From an uncultured Planctomycetota bacterium (lineage in GTDB: Bacteria > Planctomycetota > B143-G9), in contig CAZNBY010000006.1 of NCBI GenBank assembly GCA_964571525.1, forward strand, positions 13,773 through 77,772: 64,000 bases of DNA, in the 5' to 3' direction. The notes below the pieces were generated by a model. That model was not told where the DNA came from and did no database searches. It worked only from the letters and a program-made list of their open reading frames with translations. Position 1 is the first letter of the stretch. The number at the start of each line of letters is the position of its first letter. Below are positions 19,715-29,938 of the stretch, in pieces. A program made the translations under genes and the position numbers.

Positions 19715-21205
19715 ATGCGTAACCGTAACGAACGAATTCACAGCATGATTCACTTTCTCGGGCAGCTACTTCTGTTGCTCGGGTTCTTGTTGCTTACTCC
19801 CCTGACCTTCACTTTTTTCTATTGGGGCAGATTCGGTGAAGGTCTTGTCACTTTGCTCGCTTTCGTGCTGCCATCAGTCATCTCTTTTTCTGTTGGATAT
19901 GTACTAATACATAAATACGAGTACACAGACCTTGACCAGACGGGCTCGATGCTTGTCTGCGCATTAGCTTGGATTGTGCTATCCGCTTTCGGCGCAATCC
20001 CCTTCATCACCATATTGGATGCGAGCTTGATTGACGCTTATTTCGAGGCTGTTAGCGGCTTCACCACAACAGGTTTCACAGTGTTTGAGAACCTGATTGA
20101 TATGCCTCGCAGCATCTTGTTTTGGCGTTCGCTAACGCAATGGATCGGCGGTATTGGCATTTTGTCTTTCTTCTTGGCACTGGCAATTCGAGGTGGTGGC
20201 GAACACAAGATATATACGGCAGAGAGCCACAAAATCGCGTCAGAACGCCCTACGCCAGGGCTCTTTTATTCCGTTAAGATCTTGTGGGCGATATACCTTT
20301 TCGTGACAATTCTCTGCAGTGCGATCCTAACGCTTCAAGGCATGCCATTGTTCGAATCTATCTGCCATTCCCTATGTGCTCTTTCAACAGGTGGTTTTTC
20401 GACTCATGACGCAAGCATCGCATATTACGAACAGGCAGGATATACCAACTTTCGTGCATTTGAATACACTCTTGTCTTGTTCATGATGATCGGCGGCACA
20501 ACATTCATCATCCACTATCGAGTGCTAAAAGGTCAGTTCAAAGCGCTGTGGGATAACATCGAAGTGCGGGTCTGGTGGATATTTATTGCTGTGTTTACAG
20601 CAATCCTGATGCTTGATCATGTGTTACGGGCTGGTATGGATTTTCCGCTTGAGACAGTCTTTCGGAAATCTCTGTTTCAGGTTGTATCTCTGATCACCTC
20701 GACCGGATTCGGCACAGAGGATCTATCAAGCTCGTTCTTCCCAGCAGTGTCGCGGCAGATATTTCTTGTGCTAATGGTAATTGGTGCTTGCGTTGGTTCA
20801 ACTGGTGGTGGTATCAAAGTAATGCGCATAGTCATTCTATCAAAACAGATGGGACGCGAGCTTTTTAAAACGATGGTATCGCCAAAAGCATCAACTGGTT
20901 TGGTTCTCGACAAGAGGATTGTCCCGACGACAGAGGTTGACCGCGTTGCAGCTTTGTTCTTCACTTGGATGGCTCTAATTCTGATAGGTGGCGCGATAAC
21001 GGCCTTTTTCACGCACCATGGCGCATTTGAGTCTCTGTCTGTGATGTTCTCTGCTGTTGGAAATACCGGCCCGTCATTTGTCTCCGTGCGAGATATGATG
21101 GAAATGCCCGTTATAGCAAAACTGACTTACATTGTCGGTATGTTAGCGGGAAGGCTTGAGATTGTGCCGGTACTGCTATTGTTAACAAGAAAGGCGTGGC
21201 GATAA
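19715..21205 (+). CDS. trkH: Trk/Ktr-family potassium uptake membrane protein
   Basis: GFTTTGFTVFENL, LTQWIGGIGILSFF, TGGGIKVMR selectivity-filter-like repeats. The true start may be the Met at 19745. Confidence 0.85.
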   Translation: MRNRNERIHSMIHFLGQLLLLLGFLLLTPLTFTFFYWGRFGEGLVTLLAFVLPSVISFSVGYVLIHKYEYTDLDQTGSMLVCALAWIVLSAFGAIPFITILDASLIDAYFEAVSGFTTTGFTVFENLIDMPRSILFWRSLTQWIGGIGILSFFLALAIRGGGEHKIYTAESHKIASERPTPGLFYSVKILWAIYLFVTILCSAILTLQGMPLFESICHSLCALSTGGFSTHDASIAYYEQAGYTNFRAFEYTLVLFMMIGGTTFIIHYRVLKGQFKALWDNIEVRVWWIFIAVFTAILMLDHVLRAGMDFPLETVFRKSLFQVVSLITSTGFGTEDLSSSFFPAVSRQIFLVLMVIGACVGSTGGGIKVMRIVILSKQMGRELFKTMVSPKASTGLVLDKRIVPTTEVDRVAALFFTWMALILIGGAITAFFTHHGAFESLSVMFSAVGNTGPSFVSVRDMMEMPVIAKLTYIVGMLAGRLEIVPVLLLLTRKAWR

Positions 21206-21239
21206 GGCGCGATTTCCGCGCTCTTAACCGGAGGCCAAT

Positions 21240-21944
21240 ATGAGAGTTGTTATTTGTGGCGGCGGAATGGTCGGTGGAGAGCTTGCTCGCAAGCTTATTC
21301 GTGACCGTCATGATGTGGTTGTGGTTGATGACAACAAAGAAATATGCGACAAGCTATATGCGGATTTCGGTGTCGTCGCGGTTCACGGTGATGTTGCGTT
21401 GCTCGAAACTTTGACCGAAGCTCAGTTAGAGAAGGCTGATCTTGTGATCGCAGCAACAAACACAGACGCAGACAACCTATCTTGTGCTATATTAGCAAAA
21501 AGCCTCGGCGTACCGCAAATCATCGTGCGCGTGAATAATCCCGCATACGAAAAGGCATACAAGCTCGCTGGCGTAACTGCGCTTGTGTGGGGTACACAAT
21601 TAGTTGTGAATCAGATTATCATGGAGATCGAACACCCGCGCGCCAGAAACATTTCTTCTATCGGCGGCGGAAGAGCAAACATCTTCTCTGTCAAGTTGCC
21701 AAAGGGCTCTCCCTTCGACAAGAAACCCGTGAAGGAAATCGTTGGAGACAAGAAATTCCCCGCTGAGTGTGTATTCATCGCGATATTCAATCCTCGAAAC
21801 AACTCTGTCACAATACCGCGCGGCGACAATATCGTCGTTGAAGGTGACGAGCTGTTTCTCATTGCCACTTCAACTGTAATGGAGCGAGCGATTGACTTGC
21901 TTACATCAGTCAAGAAGGGCGCGGTCAAGCAGGAGGGGTCTTAA
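21240..21944 (+). CDS. trkA: Trk system NAD-binding regulatory subunit (TrkA-N plus TrkA-C)
   Basis: MRVVICGGGMVGGELARKL Rossmann motif. C-terminal RCK_C-like segment. Confidence 0.85.
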   Translation: MRVVICGGGMVGGELARKLIRDRHDVVVVDDNKEICDKLYADFGVVAVHGDVALLETLTEAQLEKADLVIAATNTDADNLSCAILAKSLGVPQIIVRVNNPAYEKAYKLAGVTALVWGTQLVVNQIIMEIEHPRARNISSIGGGRANIFSVKLPKGSPFDKKPVKEIVGDKKFPAECVFIAIFNPRNNSVTIPRGDNIVVEGDELFLIATSTVMERAIDLLTSVKKGAVKQEGS

Positions 21945-21974
21945 CAACTTTTGCGTGATCGGAATCACCATAAA

Positions 21975-23168
21975 TCACTGCGAATCGTCGGCAAGAATCA
22001 TCACCTTTATTGGCATTTGGCGATCGCGTATCGTCGCATCGCCAAGCTGGCCAGATGAATTGCATCCCCAAGCCCATACCACGCCGTTGGCATCAAGTGC
22101 AAGCGAGTACTTTCTCCCCGCGTCAATTTCGATTATGCTGCTAAGGCTCTCTATCTTGGAAGCCTCTCTATTTGGTAAAACCTGACCATTGCCTGTCTGA
22201 CCGTGCATGTTCTCACCCCATGCGAAGACAAATCCTTTTTTGTCAAGCGCAAGATAATGAGAGTCACAAGATACTTTTACGATTCCGCTCAATCCGCCAA
22301 CCTGTTGCGGTTCGCCTTTGTAAAAGGCCTTGCGCGCATCTGTGCCGTCGCCAGTTTGTGAAAGCGAATTCCATCCCAAAGCCCACACGCTGCCGTTCTT
22401 TCGTACGACCAAAGTGATATCACCAGCCGATGCAGACACAGGTTCATCAAGCTCAACCCTATACACATCGAATGGATCTGGCACAGCACCCTCAGTAATC
22501 TTGCCCAACTGCATCTGCTTGTTTTCACCCCAAACATATATGCTGCCGTTTCGGCTCAAAGCCACAACATGCCGGTTATTGCATGATACAGAGCGAACTG
22601 GACTTATCTTTCCTATTCGGGCTGGGAGATTTCTGTTGATGAAACTGCCAATGCCTATCTGCCCCTCGCTGTTTGCGCCCCATGCGTATAATGTGCCGTC
22701 GGACTTTATAGCATAAGCTGAGACCGCACCCGCGCAGATGGCGACTATCTCTGTAAGGCCCTTTACCATCACAGGTACATCTCTCTTTTCGTAAGTCGCA
22801 TCGCCAAGCTGCCCAAGGTCATTTGTACCCCACGCCCAAACGGTTCCGTCAGTCTTCAATGCAAGCGAATAGTACATGCCTGCTGAAATTGCCTTTACAT
22901 CGCTAATGGACTGCACCTGAACCGGAACAAGCGTCTTTTCACCTGCCACAACTCCCAACTGACGGTACTCATTTCCACCCCATACCCATATTCTGCCGTC
23001 GGTCTTAAGCGCAAGCGAATGATTGTATCCCGCTGCAATGGCGCAGACAACCGGTGGTTTTGTGGGGGACGGGGAAGGTTGAGGCGTGGAGTTTTCACCC
23101 GATGCGGATACAGAGATCAGAAAGGTGATAACGAATATCGCGCTGATAAACAATGTAGATTTTGTCAT
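21975..23168 (-). CDS. Secreted RCC1-repeat (beta-propeller) protein
   Basis: Signal peptide. Repeated HSLALKTDGxVWAWGxNxxGQLG blades. Confidence 0.8.
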   Translation of the reverse strand: MTKSTLFISAIFVITFLISVSASGENSTPQPSPSPTKPPVVCAIAAGYNHSLALKTDGRIWVWGGNEYRQLGVVAGEKTLVPVQVQSISDVKAISAGMYYSLALKTDGTVWAWGTNDLGQLGDATYEKRDVPVMVKGLTEIVAICAGAVSAYAIKSDGTLYAWGANSEGQIGIGSFINRNLPARIGKISPVRSVSCNNRHVVALSRNGSIYVWGENKQMQLGKITEGAVPDPFDVYRVELDEPVSASAGDITLVVRKNGSVWALGWNSLSQTGDGTDARKAFYKGEPQQVGGLSGIVKVSCDSHYLALDKKGFVFAWGENMHGQTGNGQVLPNREASKIESLSSIIEIDAGRKYSLALDANGVVWAWGCNSSGQLGDATIRDRQMPIKVMILADDSQ

Positions 23169-23301
23169 AGCTCCCTATATCTTGATGCTTTGCGTATTGT
23201 AGCGGCCTTGCGGATCATGCCATTTTTCGTATTCTGGTTAGCATGTCGGCAAAATCCGACCGTGTTTGAAGCAAAAACCGGAACATCGGCTATACTTGAA
23301 G

Positions 23302-23321
23302 TCAAACAAACGTTTGATTGA
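23302..23321. promoter_or_regulatory. Imperfect 20-bp palindrome just upstream of tetR. Candidate TetR operator.
   Basis: TCAAACAAACGTTTGATTGA has a perfect AAACGTTT core and 5/6 flanks. It lies 24 bp upstream of the tetR start. Confidence 0.3.
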
Positions 23322-23344
23322 GTTGTTAATCAGTCGGAGGTAGT

Positions 23345-23980
23345 GTGCTTCGAAGTTCAGACACGCGCGAACGGTTAGTTGATGCTGCGGGCAAGATTTT
23401 CGCCAGCGTTGGCTATGATAAGGCCTCTGTACGCGAAATCTGCCGGGCCGCAAATGCGAATATTTCTGCGGTAAGCTATCACTTTGGAGACAAAGCTGGT
23501 CTTTATGAGAGTGTTGTTCATCATGTGATGAGCGACATAATCGAAGACCGGAAGTCATTTCTATCAAGTGTCAGTGAATCTCCGCAAGAAGTACTGGAAC
23601 GATTTGTCGCGATGCATGCTGATAGAGCCGAGAAGACCCCACATCGAAAGTGGTTCAAAGGCATAATCATGCATGAGCTTGACTCGCCTCGATGCAAGCT
23701 AAGCCTTGAGTTTCGCGAAATGAACAAACAGATTGAGCAAAAACTGCAAAACGCTGTCTCACAACTTCTGCCTAAAGGCACACCAGCAATTGGGATCGCG
23801 CTTGTTACCGAAAGCCTCATCGCCCAATGCATATCCTTCTTCAAGCATCAGCGGTTTTTCGATGTGCATATCAGTTCTACTCAGAAACGGAGTGCACTTG
23901 CCCAGATTATCAAAAAGCACATTCTGAGCTTCTCCATGACTGGGATGACATATCTATGTAAAGCAGAGGACAAGCAATGA
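23345..23980 (+). CDS. TetR/AcrR-family transcriptional regulator
   Basis: RERLVDAAGKIFASVGYDKASVREICRAANANISAVSYHFGDK helix-turn-helix signature. The stop overlaps the next gene's start (ATGA). Confidence 0.8.
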   Translation: MLRSSDTRERLVDAAGKIFASVGYDKASVREICRAANANISAVSYHFGDKAGLYESVVHHVMSDIIEDRKSFLSSVSESPQEVLERFVAMHADRAEKTPHRKWFKGIIMHELDSPRCKLSLEFREMNKQIEQKLQNAVSQLLPKGTPAIGIALVTESLIAQCISFFKHQRFFDVHISSTQKRSALAQIIKKHILSFSMTGMTYLCKAEDKQ

Positions 23981-25299
23981 AGTACTTGAAAATTGCGCTA
24001 TTCTTCGTGTTCGTTGCCGCCGGAATTCTCTTCTACCAGTTCTTTGTTAAGACAGCACAGCAACCCAAGAAGAATCCGATCACCGAGACGGCGATCAATG
24101 TCGAATTACTTGAGGTTAAGCATTCCAACTTCACCCCCGCGATTCGCGGATACGGATATGTCAAACCTTTGAAATCATGGAAACTCGTGCCCCGTATCGA
24201 GGGGCGTGTTGAATATATCGCCCCTGACCTGCTTGCTGGCAAGATTGTTAAGAAGGATTCGCTGCTTGTGCGGTTAGACAAGAAGGAGCTGGAGCTTGAC
24301 AAGCTCGCATTGCTTAACAACATCAAGTCTGTTGAGCTTGAACTTCAGCAGCTTGATGTTCAGCAGGCAAATCTTGAAAAAGACCTTGCCCTTCAAAAGG
24401 AGTATCTTGAACTTGTTAGGAAAGATCTGACCAGAATCGGTGACCTGTTGCAGCGGGGTTCTGTCTCTGAGCAGCACTACGATACTGCCTACCTGAATTA
24501 CATCAATGCTCAGGCAAAGATTCGCAGCATCGAAAACAGCATGGCACTTATACCAATTCAGCGGAGCCTTGCTGAATCCAAGAAGCAACAGCATTCGATT
24601 CAGCTTGAAGACCTTGCGTTGAGAATTTCGTATTGCGAGATCACCCTGCCCTTCGACGCCATTGTCATATCAAAGAGCGTTGAGGAAGCTGAGTATGTGA
24701 GAATCGGAGCAACCTTGGCAGAGTTCGACGCGATATCCGAAGCCGAAGTTCATGCGCAGTTTCCCATAGACCAACTTTCGCGCATTATTGAAGACGCAGA
24801 GGGTGACACAAGCAAGGTGATTGCCTATGTTGATGTCGAGTTGTTTGGGCAGAAGTACACTCGCAGTGCGAAATTTTCGCGCACTTATCCAGTGGCAAAT
24901 CGAGCAACAAGAACGGTCAATGTAATCCTTCTTGTCAGTGATCCCTTCAGCATTTCAGAATCCTCAGGCTCGCCTTCACTTATCCGCGAGCTTTTTTGCC
25001 ATGTTCGCCTTGAAAGCCAACCACAATCTGGCAAGCTAATAATACCAAGGCTTTCTGTGTATGATGGAGTAGTTTATCTGTCGGTAAACGATAGACTTAA
25101 GCAGCAGACTGTTGAAGTTGAGCGTTTTCAAGAGGATGTCGCAGTTATTCGTTCAGGATTGAATGTCGGCGACAAGGTGATCATATCGCGAGTTGTCTCT
25201 GCAATTGAGGGGTTGTTGCTTAATGATGTGAATGCCCCGAAAAAAGGCAAGAAATCCGAAAAAGCCGATGCTGACAAGGCAAAACAGGCCCAGCAATAA
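23977..25299 (+). CDS. Efflux RND periplasmic adaptor (membrane fusion protein)
   Basis: N-terminal anchor, long coiled-coil, beta-barrel/MP domains. Positioned between tetR and the RND permease. Confidence 0.75.
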   Translation: MKYLKIALFFVFVAAGILFYQFFVKTAQQPKKNPITETAINVELLEVKHSNFTPAIRGYGYVKPLKSWKLVPRIEGRVEYIAPDLLAGKIVKKDSLLVRLDKKELELDKLALLNNIKSVELELQQLDVQQANLEKDLALQKEYLELVRKDLTRIGDLLQRGSVSEQHYDTAYLNYINAQAKIRSIENSMALIPIQRSLAESKKQQHSIQLEDLALRISYCEITLPFDAIVISKSVEEAEYVRIGATLAEFDAISEAEVHAQFPIDQLSRIIEDAEGDTSKVIAYVDVELFGQKYTRSAKFSRTYPVANRATRTVNVILLVSDPFSISESSGSPSLIRELFCHVRLESQPQSGKLIIPRLSVYDGVVYLSVNDRLKQQTVEVERFQEDVAVIRSGLNVGDKVIISRVVSAIEGLLLNDVNAPKKGKKSEKADADKAKQAQQ

Positions 25300-25314
25300 G
25301 AGAAAGGAACAGCC

Positions 25315-28300
25315 ATGATCCGATTCTTTGCAGGGCATCCTACAGCATCTAATCTTCTTGTCATATGCATGTTCATACTTGGCCTTATGGCCTTGCCAAA
25401 GCTTGAGCGCGAGACCTTTCCCGAGTTCGAACCGACCGTAGTGGCAATATCAGCAAACTATCGGGGTGCCTCTGCCCAAGAAGTTGAAGAGGCCTTAGCC
25501 CAGCGCATTGAGAACTCGCTTGAAGGTATTTCCTTTGTGAGCGAAGTGCGTGCAACATGCGTTGAAGGAAGGCTCTCCATGCGCGTCGAGATGGACTCGA
25601 AGGGCAATATAAGGACATTCCTCGACGACATCAAATCGGCGGTTGACACAATCACCGATTTTCCCGCAGAAGTTGAGGATATCAAGGTAGAGGTTTCTGA
25701 AAGAATGGAAAGGGTGGTCTCGATCGCTGTAACTGGCCCGATGGACGACCGAAGCCTTAAGAACTACTGCGATGATTTTAAGGATAGACTTTTAAGCTTA
25801 TCTAAGGTATCACAAGTGACTGTGTCGGGGTTCCCCGATCGTCAGATAAAGATTGAAGTCACCGACGATACCCTTGCCGCATTTGGTCTCACGATATCAA
25901 GCCTTACAAAGCAAATATCCTCGCAGAGTCTCAATCTACCTGCCGGAACAATGAAGACAAAGGGCAGAACCTTTCTTCTGCGATTTGATGATGACAGGAA
26001 GAGCGTCAGCGAATTTGAAAGCCTTGTTGTGATTTCAGACAGTGGTGCTGAACGCAAGTTAGGAGAGATTGCGGTTATAACAGAAGGCTTTGTTGATGAT
26101 GATAGTATGTCGCAGTTCAATGGCAGGCGAGCTGGTATTATCACCGTCTTTAAATCCAAGACTGAGGACGCGCTTGTTGTCTATGATCAGGTAATGGAGT
26201 TTTTAGAACGAGTTAAGAAGACTGCGACGCCTGGCGTGGAGCACTTTATCACCGACGACTTTTCGTCTATTATCCGCGATCGCATTGAAATGATCTCTGT
26301 AAACGCGGTTCAGGGACTGGTGTTGGTATTCTTGGCAATGTGGTTCTTCTTTGGCCTGAAATACGCCTCCTGGGTAGCCCTTGCTCTGCCTGTTGCGTTT
26401 ATGGGCACATTCTTCATCTTCCCGCTGTTCGATATCTCGATAAACATGTACACCACAATGGCGCTTCTGATGGCGACTGGCATATTGATGGATTCTGCAA
26501 TTGTGCTTTCGGAAAACATGGCGACGCAGTTTGCCAAAGGGAAGAAGTCGCTTGACGCGATTGTTGACGGCATATCAGAGGTTTGGATAGGTGTGCTGTA
26601 CTCGTTTCTTACAACAGTTGTGGTCTTCGTCCCGCTAATGATGATAGAAGGCCGAATGGGACAAGTCCTTAAGTACCTGCCCATTGCGCTAATTATTGTA
26701 ATCACGGTCAGTTTCGTTCATTCATTCCTTATTCTGCCCCACCATATAAGGGGGACACTTGAGAAGAGACGGACCACAAAACCGTTCATCGTTCAGAGAT
26801 TTTCTAACTGGCTGATTGAGTATGTTCGCGAGAAGGTTGTGGGCAGAATTGTTGATATCGCAGTGGAATGGCGATACGCAGTGATCGGCTTTATGATACT
26901 GCTTCTTTGCCTTGCGTTCGCGATGATCGCTGGTGGAAAGCTGAAATATGAGGCTTTTCCCGGGCTTGAGGGCGACAACATAAAATGCTCGATACTCATG
27001 CCACAAGGCACACCGGTTGAGGAGACGCAGAAGGTTGTGGACAGGGCACTAAAGGGGCTTGAAGCAATCAAGCCGATGTTCAACGACCGCAGCAAGACTG
27101 GGCAGATTGTCGAAAGCACTTCATGCGTGATCGGTGAAAACAACTCTGTCGGAGAAAGCGGGCCGCATGTCGCAACACTGACCGTTGACCTTGTTGATAA
27201 CGACTCGCGCACCGTTCGTAACACTGAAATTATTCGCGAATGGCGCGCAGCAACCGGAGAAGTTGCTGGTGCGCTTGCATTGCAGTTCGATGAAGCAACA
27301 TCAGGCCCAGCGGGAAGGCCATTCGAAATACGCATTTCAGGAACAGACTTAAATGAGCTAAAGCAGGCATCTTACGAAATACAAAACTGGCTCAGCACCT
27401 ATGATGGCGTATATGATGTGATTGACGATCAAAGGCTCGGAAAGCCAGAGATAACGATGAAACTCAAGGAAGGAGCCAGAACACTCGGACTGACTATGCT
27501 CGACATATCATCGCAGGTTCGATCCTCTTTCAGTGGAAGTCGAATACCTGACATTATCGTAAACAACCGCACATACGAAATCCAAGTGGAGCTTATCCGT
27601 GGCGCGATAGAGACGATTTCGGATCTTGAGGAGCTTTCGATAGTAGCACCTTCTGGACTTTCGATTCCATTAAGAAACCTTGTATCGTTTGAACAAACGA
27701 TCGGCTGGGCGAAGATTTCGCGCGTAAACGGACGCAGAACCACCACTGTTCAAGGCGCAGTTGACCGTACCCGCGCAAACTCGCTCGAAATAACAATGCA
27801 GTTTCGGCGCGAGCTAATGCCGCTTCTTGTTCAGAAGTACCCTTCTCTAACGACTTCGATTGAGGGACAGGCGCGAAGATCGCAAGAGACGGGTATGTCG
27901 CTTCTAAATGCATTCATAATGGGAGTAATAGGAATATTCCTGCTATTGGCGTTTCAGTTCAAGAGCTATATCGAGACCTCCGTAGTGCTGATCTCGATAC
28001 CGCTTGCGATCGTGGGTGTGGTATTCGGTTACATGGTGATGCGAACAAATCTGTCTATGCCGGGCTTAATGGGTTTCGCCTCGTTGTGCGGTATCGTGGT
28101 GAACAACTCGATTCTTCTTATGGAATTTGTAAGGTTACGCGTCAAGACAATGGATTTGAAGTCTGCGGCAAAACAGGCGAGCCGCGACCGTTTTCGAGCG
28201 ATAACCCTTACAACAATCACGACAATATTCGGCATAGCGCCGATAATAATGGAGCGCAGCTTCCAAGCTCAGATGGTCAAACCTATAGCCATAAGTATCG

Positions 28301-28416
28301 CGTTTGGACTCGCAATCGCAACAGTGCTTGTGCTGTTCATTGTGCCGTGTTTGTATGTGATACTTGCTGACTTTGGCCTTGCACGCTTGAAACACGACGG
28401 CTCGCGTGCTGAATGA
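25315..28416 (+). CDS. Efflux RND transporter permease (AcrB/CzcA superfamily)
   Basis: 1033 aa with 12-TM architecture and two large periplasmic loops. Conserved RND segments. Confidence 0.9.
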   Translation: MIRFFAGHPTASNLLVICMFILGLMALPKLERETFPEFEPTVVAISANYRGASAQEVEEALAQRIENSLEGISFVSEVRATCVEGRLSMRVEMDSKGNIRTFLDDIKSAVDTITDFPAEVEDIKVEVSERMERVVSIAVTGPMDDRSLKNYCDDFKDRLLSLSKVSQVTVSGFPDRQIKIEVTDDTLAAFGLTISSLTKQISSQSLNLPAGTMKTKGRTFLLRFDDDRKSVSEFESLVVISDSGAERKLGEIAVITEGFVDDDSMSQFNGRRAGIITVFKSKTEDALVVYDQVMEFLERVKKTATPGVEHFITDDFSSIIRDRIEMISVNAVQGLVLVFLAMWFFFGLKYASWVALALPVAFMGTFFIFPLFDISINMYTTMALLMATGILMDSAIVLSENMATQFAKGKKSLDAIVDGISEVWIGVLYSFLTTVVVFVPLMMIEGRMGQVLKYLPIALIIVITVSFVHSFLILPHHIRGTLEKRRTTKPFIVQRFSNWLIEYVREKVVGRIVDIAVEWRYAVIGFMILLLCLAFAMIAGGKLKYEAFPGLEGDNIKCSILMPQGTPVEETQKVVDRALKGLEAIKPMFNDRSKTGQIVESTSCVIGENNSVGESGPHVATLTVDLVDNDSRTVRNTEIIREWRAATGEVAGALALQFDEATSGPAGRPFEIRISGTDLNELKQASYEIQNWLSTYDGVYDVIDDQRLGKPEITMKLKEGARTLGLTMLDISSQVRSSFSGSRIPDIIVNNRTYEIQVELIRGAIETISDLEELSIVAPSGLSIPLRNLVSFEQTIGWAKISRVNGRRTTTVQGAVDRTRANSLEITMQFRRELMPLLVQKYPSLTTSIEGQARRSQETGMSLLNAFIMGVIGIFLLLAFQFKSYIETSVVLISIPLAIVGVVFGYMVMRTNLSMPGLMGFASLCGIVVNNSILLMEFVRLRVKTMDLKSAAKQASRDRFRAITLTTITTIFGIAPIIMERSFQAQMVKPIAISIAFGLAIATVLVLFIVPCLYVILADFGLARLKHDGSRAE

Positions 28417-28462
28417 TTAGGCTCATTGTTTGAAAGGCGGTCGCGGACAATCCGTAACCGCC

Positions 28463-29896
28463 TTACTCCCGCACAAACTTGTTATAAACAACGATTTCAT
28501 CGAACTCAAACAGCGAACAACCGCCCTCAAACACATCTGCAAAGGCGCACCTTCTGCCCTTTCTAATGATCATGTATCTATCAGCGATAATCTCCAAAGA
28601 GTCACATGCTTGCGCAAGTTCGATCGCAGTTCCTTTATCCTTGACAACAATCACCTTTTTGTTCTTCAGAAACACGATTATGCCTTCGAAACAATCAACA
28701 AAGTCCTTTAGAATTGCACCTTTTTCAGTATAGACTGGCGTGCCGTCAGCCTTGATGAGCACAACGCCTTCATCACTTTGCGCGGCAAATATGATTGGAT
28801 CTCGCGTTCGGACTATCTTCTTGTATCGTTTCTCAAACGCTGGTGTACCATCATGAAGCACAATATAGTACTTTCCGGCTTTTTGGCACACACAAGCGTA
28901 TCCAAATAGGCTGTCGGACCCCTCAAGATACATGTTTTCGCTTATCTTTTTCAACTCAGCATCAATGTAGTAGCAGCCCTTCGATGTGACGACTCGTGCT
29001 ATATTAGCACTAAATGGATAGACATAGCCGTCAACCACCTGGAATGCACCCGTCATTATGTTACTAATCTCGTACACATCTTCACGCTTTAGGAACAGCA
29101 ATTGGTTGCCAAGGTAACGAATCTGCTTTGCACAGTATAGGGATTTGCCTTGTGAATCGAGAACGCAATACTCATTGTCAGACTTTGCAAGATAGTAACC
29201 CTCAAGATACTGGTGCGGTAGCTTACTGTCTGAAATTGCCTTATCATCATACTTAACCATCAGCTTTTCTACTGCCTTGTATGCGGTATCCGAAATCCTT
29301 TTGCCGTCGAATCCATACAAATACCACTTTCCGTTCTCGACGACATAGACCGTCTCGTTCCAGCCGAAACCCACAACCTTGCCCGGGTAAGCGACATAGA
29401 GAGTTCCATCTTGATTCAACAGTGTTGATGCATTTCCAGTTGTCTGCACAAAGACAGTCTTGTTGCCCTTTAACTCCTCGTGGCAATGGAGTATTCCCTG
29501 CGCATCGCCGAGCACGATGTCTAACTGAAAATCAAAGACATCTGTAAGCCACTTCTTGTCCACGCTCTTCGCCATGTACAAGTACTTGTCATCGTACACA
29601 ATGCTATCGTAGGTTATACCGACGGCTTCCTTTGCGTTTCTGCCTAATAGACCGTATTTGCCCTTCTGCTTGACGATCGCGAACTTACTTCTCATTATCT
29701 CGCATAGCTTTATCTCCTCGTACTCAACATGTTTCGCTGGATAACTATCACCGGTACCCAATTGCCATCGGTTACCGACTTTTCCGGCAAACTTCACATC
29801 CAGTTCATTCTCCTCAGAGTATCCGATGGAAGTGAGTAGCACACACAGCAACGCAGCAACAATCACCAACGCAGAATACCTTGTCAATTGCGGCAT
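28463..29896 (-). CDS. Secreted WG-containing (KWG) repeat protein
   Basis: Signal peptide. Repeated K(Y/W)G(L/Y)xxxxG motifs, e.g. KGKYGLLGRNAKE and NGKWYLYGFDGKR. Lower GC than the flanks. Confidence 0.5.
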   Translation of the reverse strand: MPQLTRYSALVIVAALLCVLLTSIGYSEENELDVKFAGKVGNRWQLGTGDSYPAKHVEYEEIKLCEIMRSKFAIVKQKGKYGLLGRNAKEAVGITYDSIVYDDKYLYMAKSVDKKWLTDVFDFQLDIVLGDAQGILHCHEELKGNKTVFVQTTGNASTLLNQDGTLYVAYPGKVVGFGWNETVYVVENGKWYLYGFDGKRISDTAYKAVEKLMVKYDDKAISDSKLPHQYLEGYYLAKSDNEYCVLDSQGKSLYCAKQIRYLGNQLLFLKREDVYEISNIMTGAFQVVDGYVYPFSANIARVVTSKGCYYIDAELKKISENMYLEGSDSLFGYACVCQKAGKYYIVLHDGTPAFEKRYKKIVRTRDPIIFAAQSDEGVVLIKADGTPVYTEKGAILKDFVDCFEGIIVFLKNKKVIVVKDKGTAIELAQACDSLEIIADRYMIIRKGRRCAFADVFEGGCSLFEFDEIVVYNKFVRE

Positions 29897-29938
29897 AATT
29901 CACTCCTTGGTGCATGGTGAACCATCAACCATGCTTAA

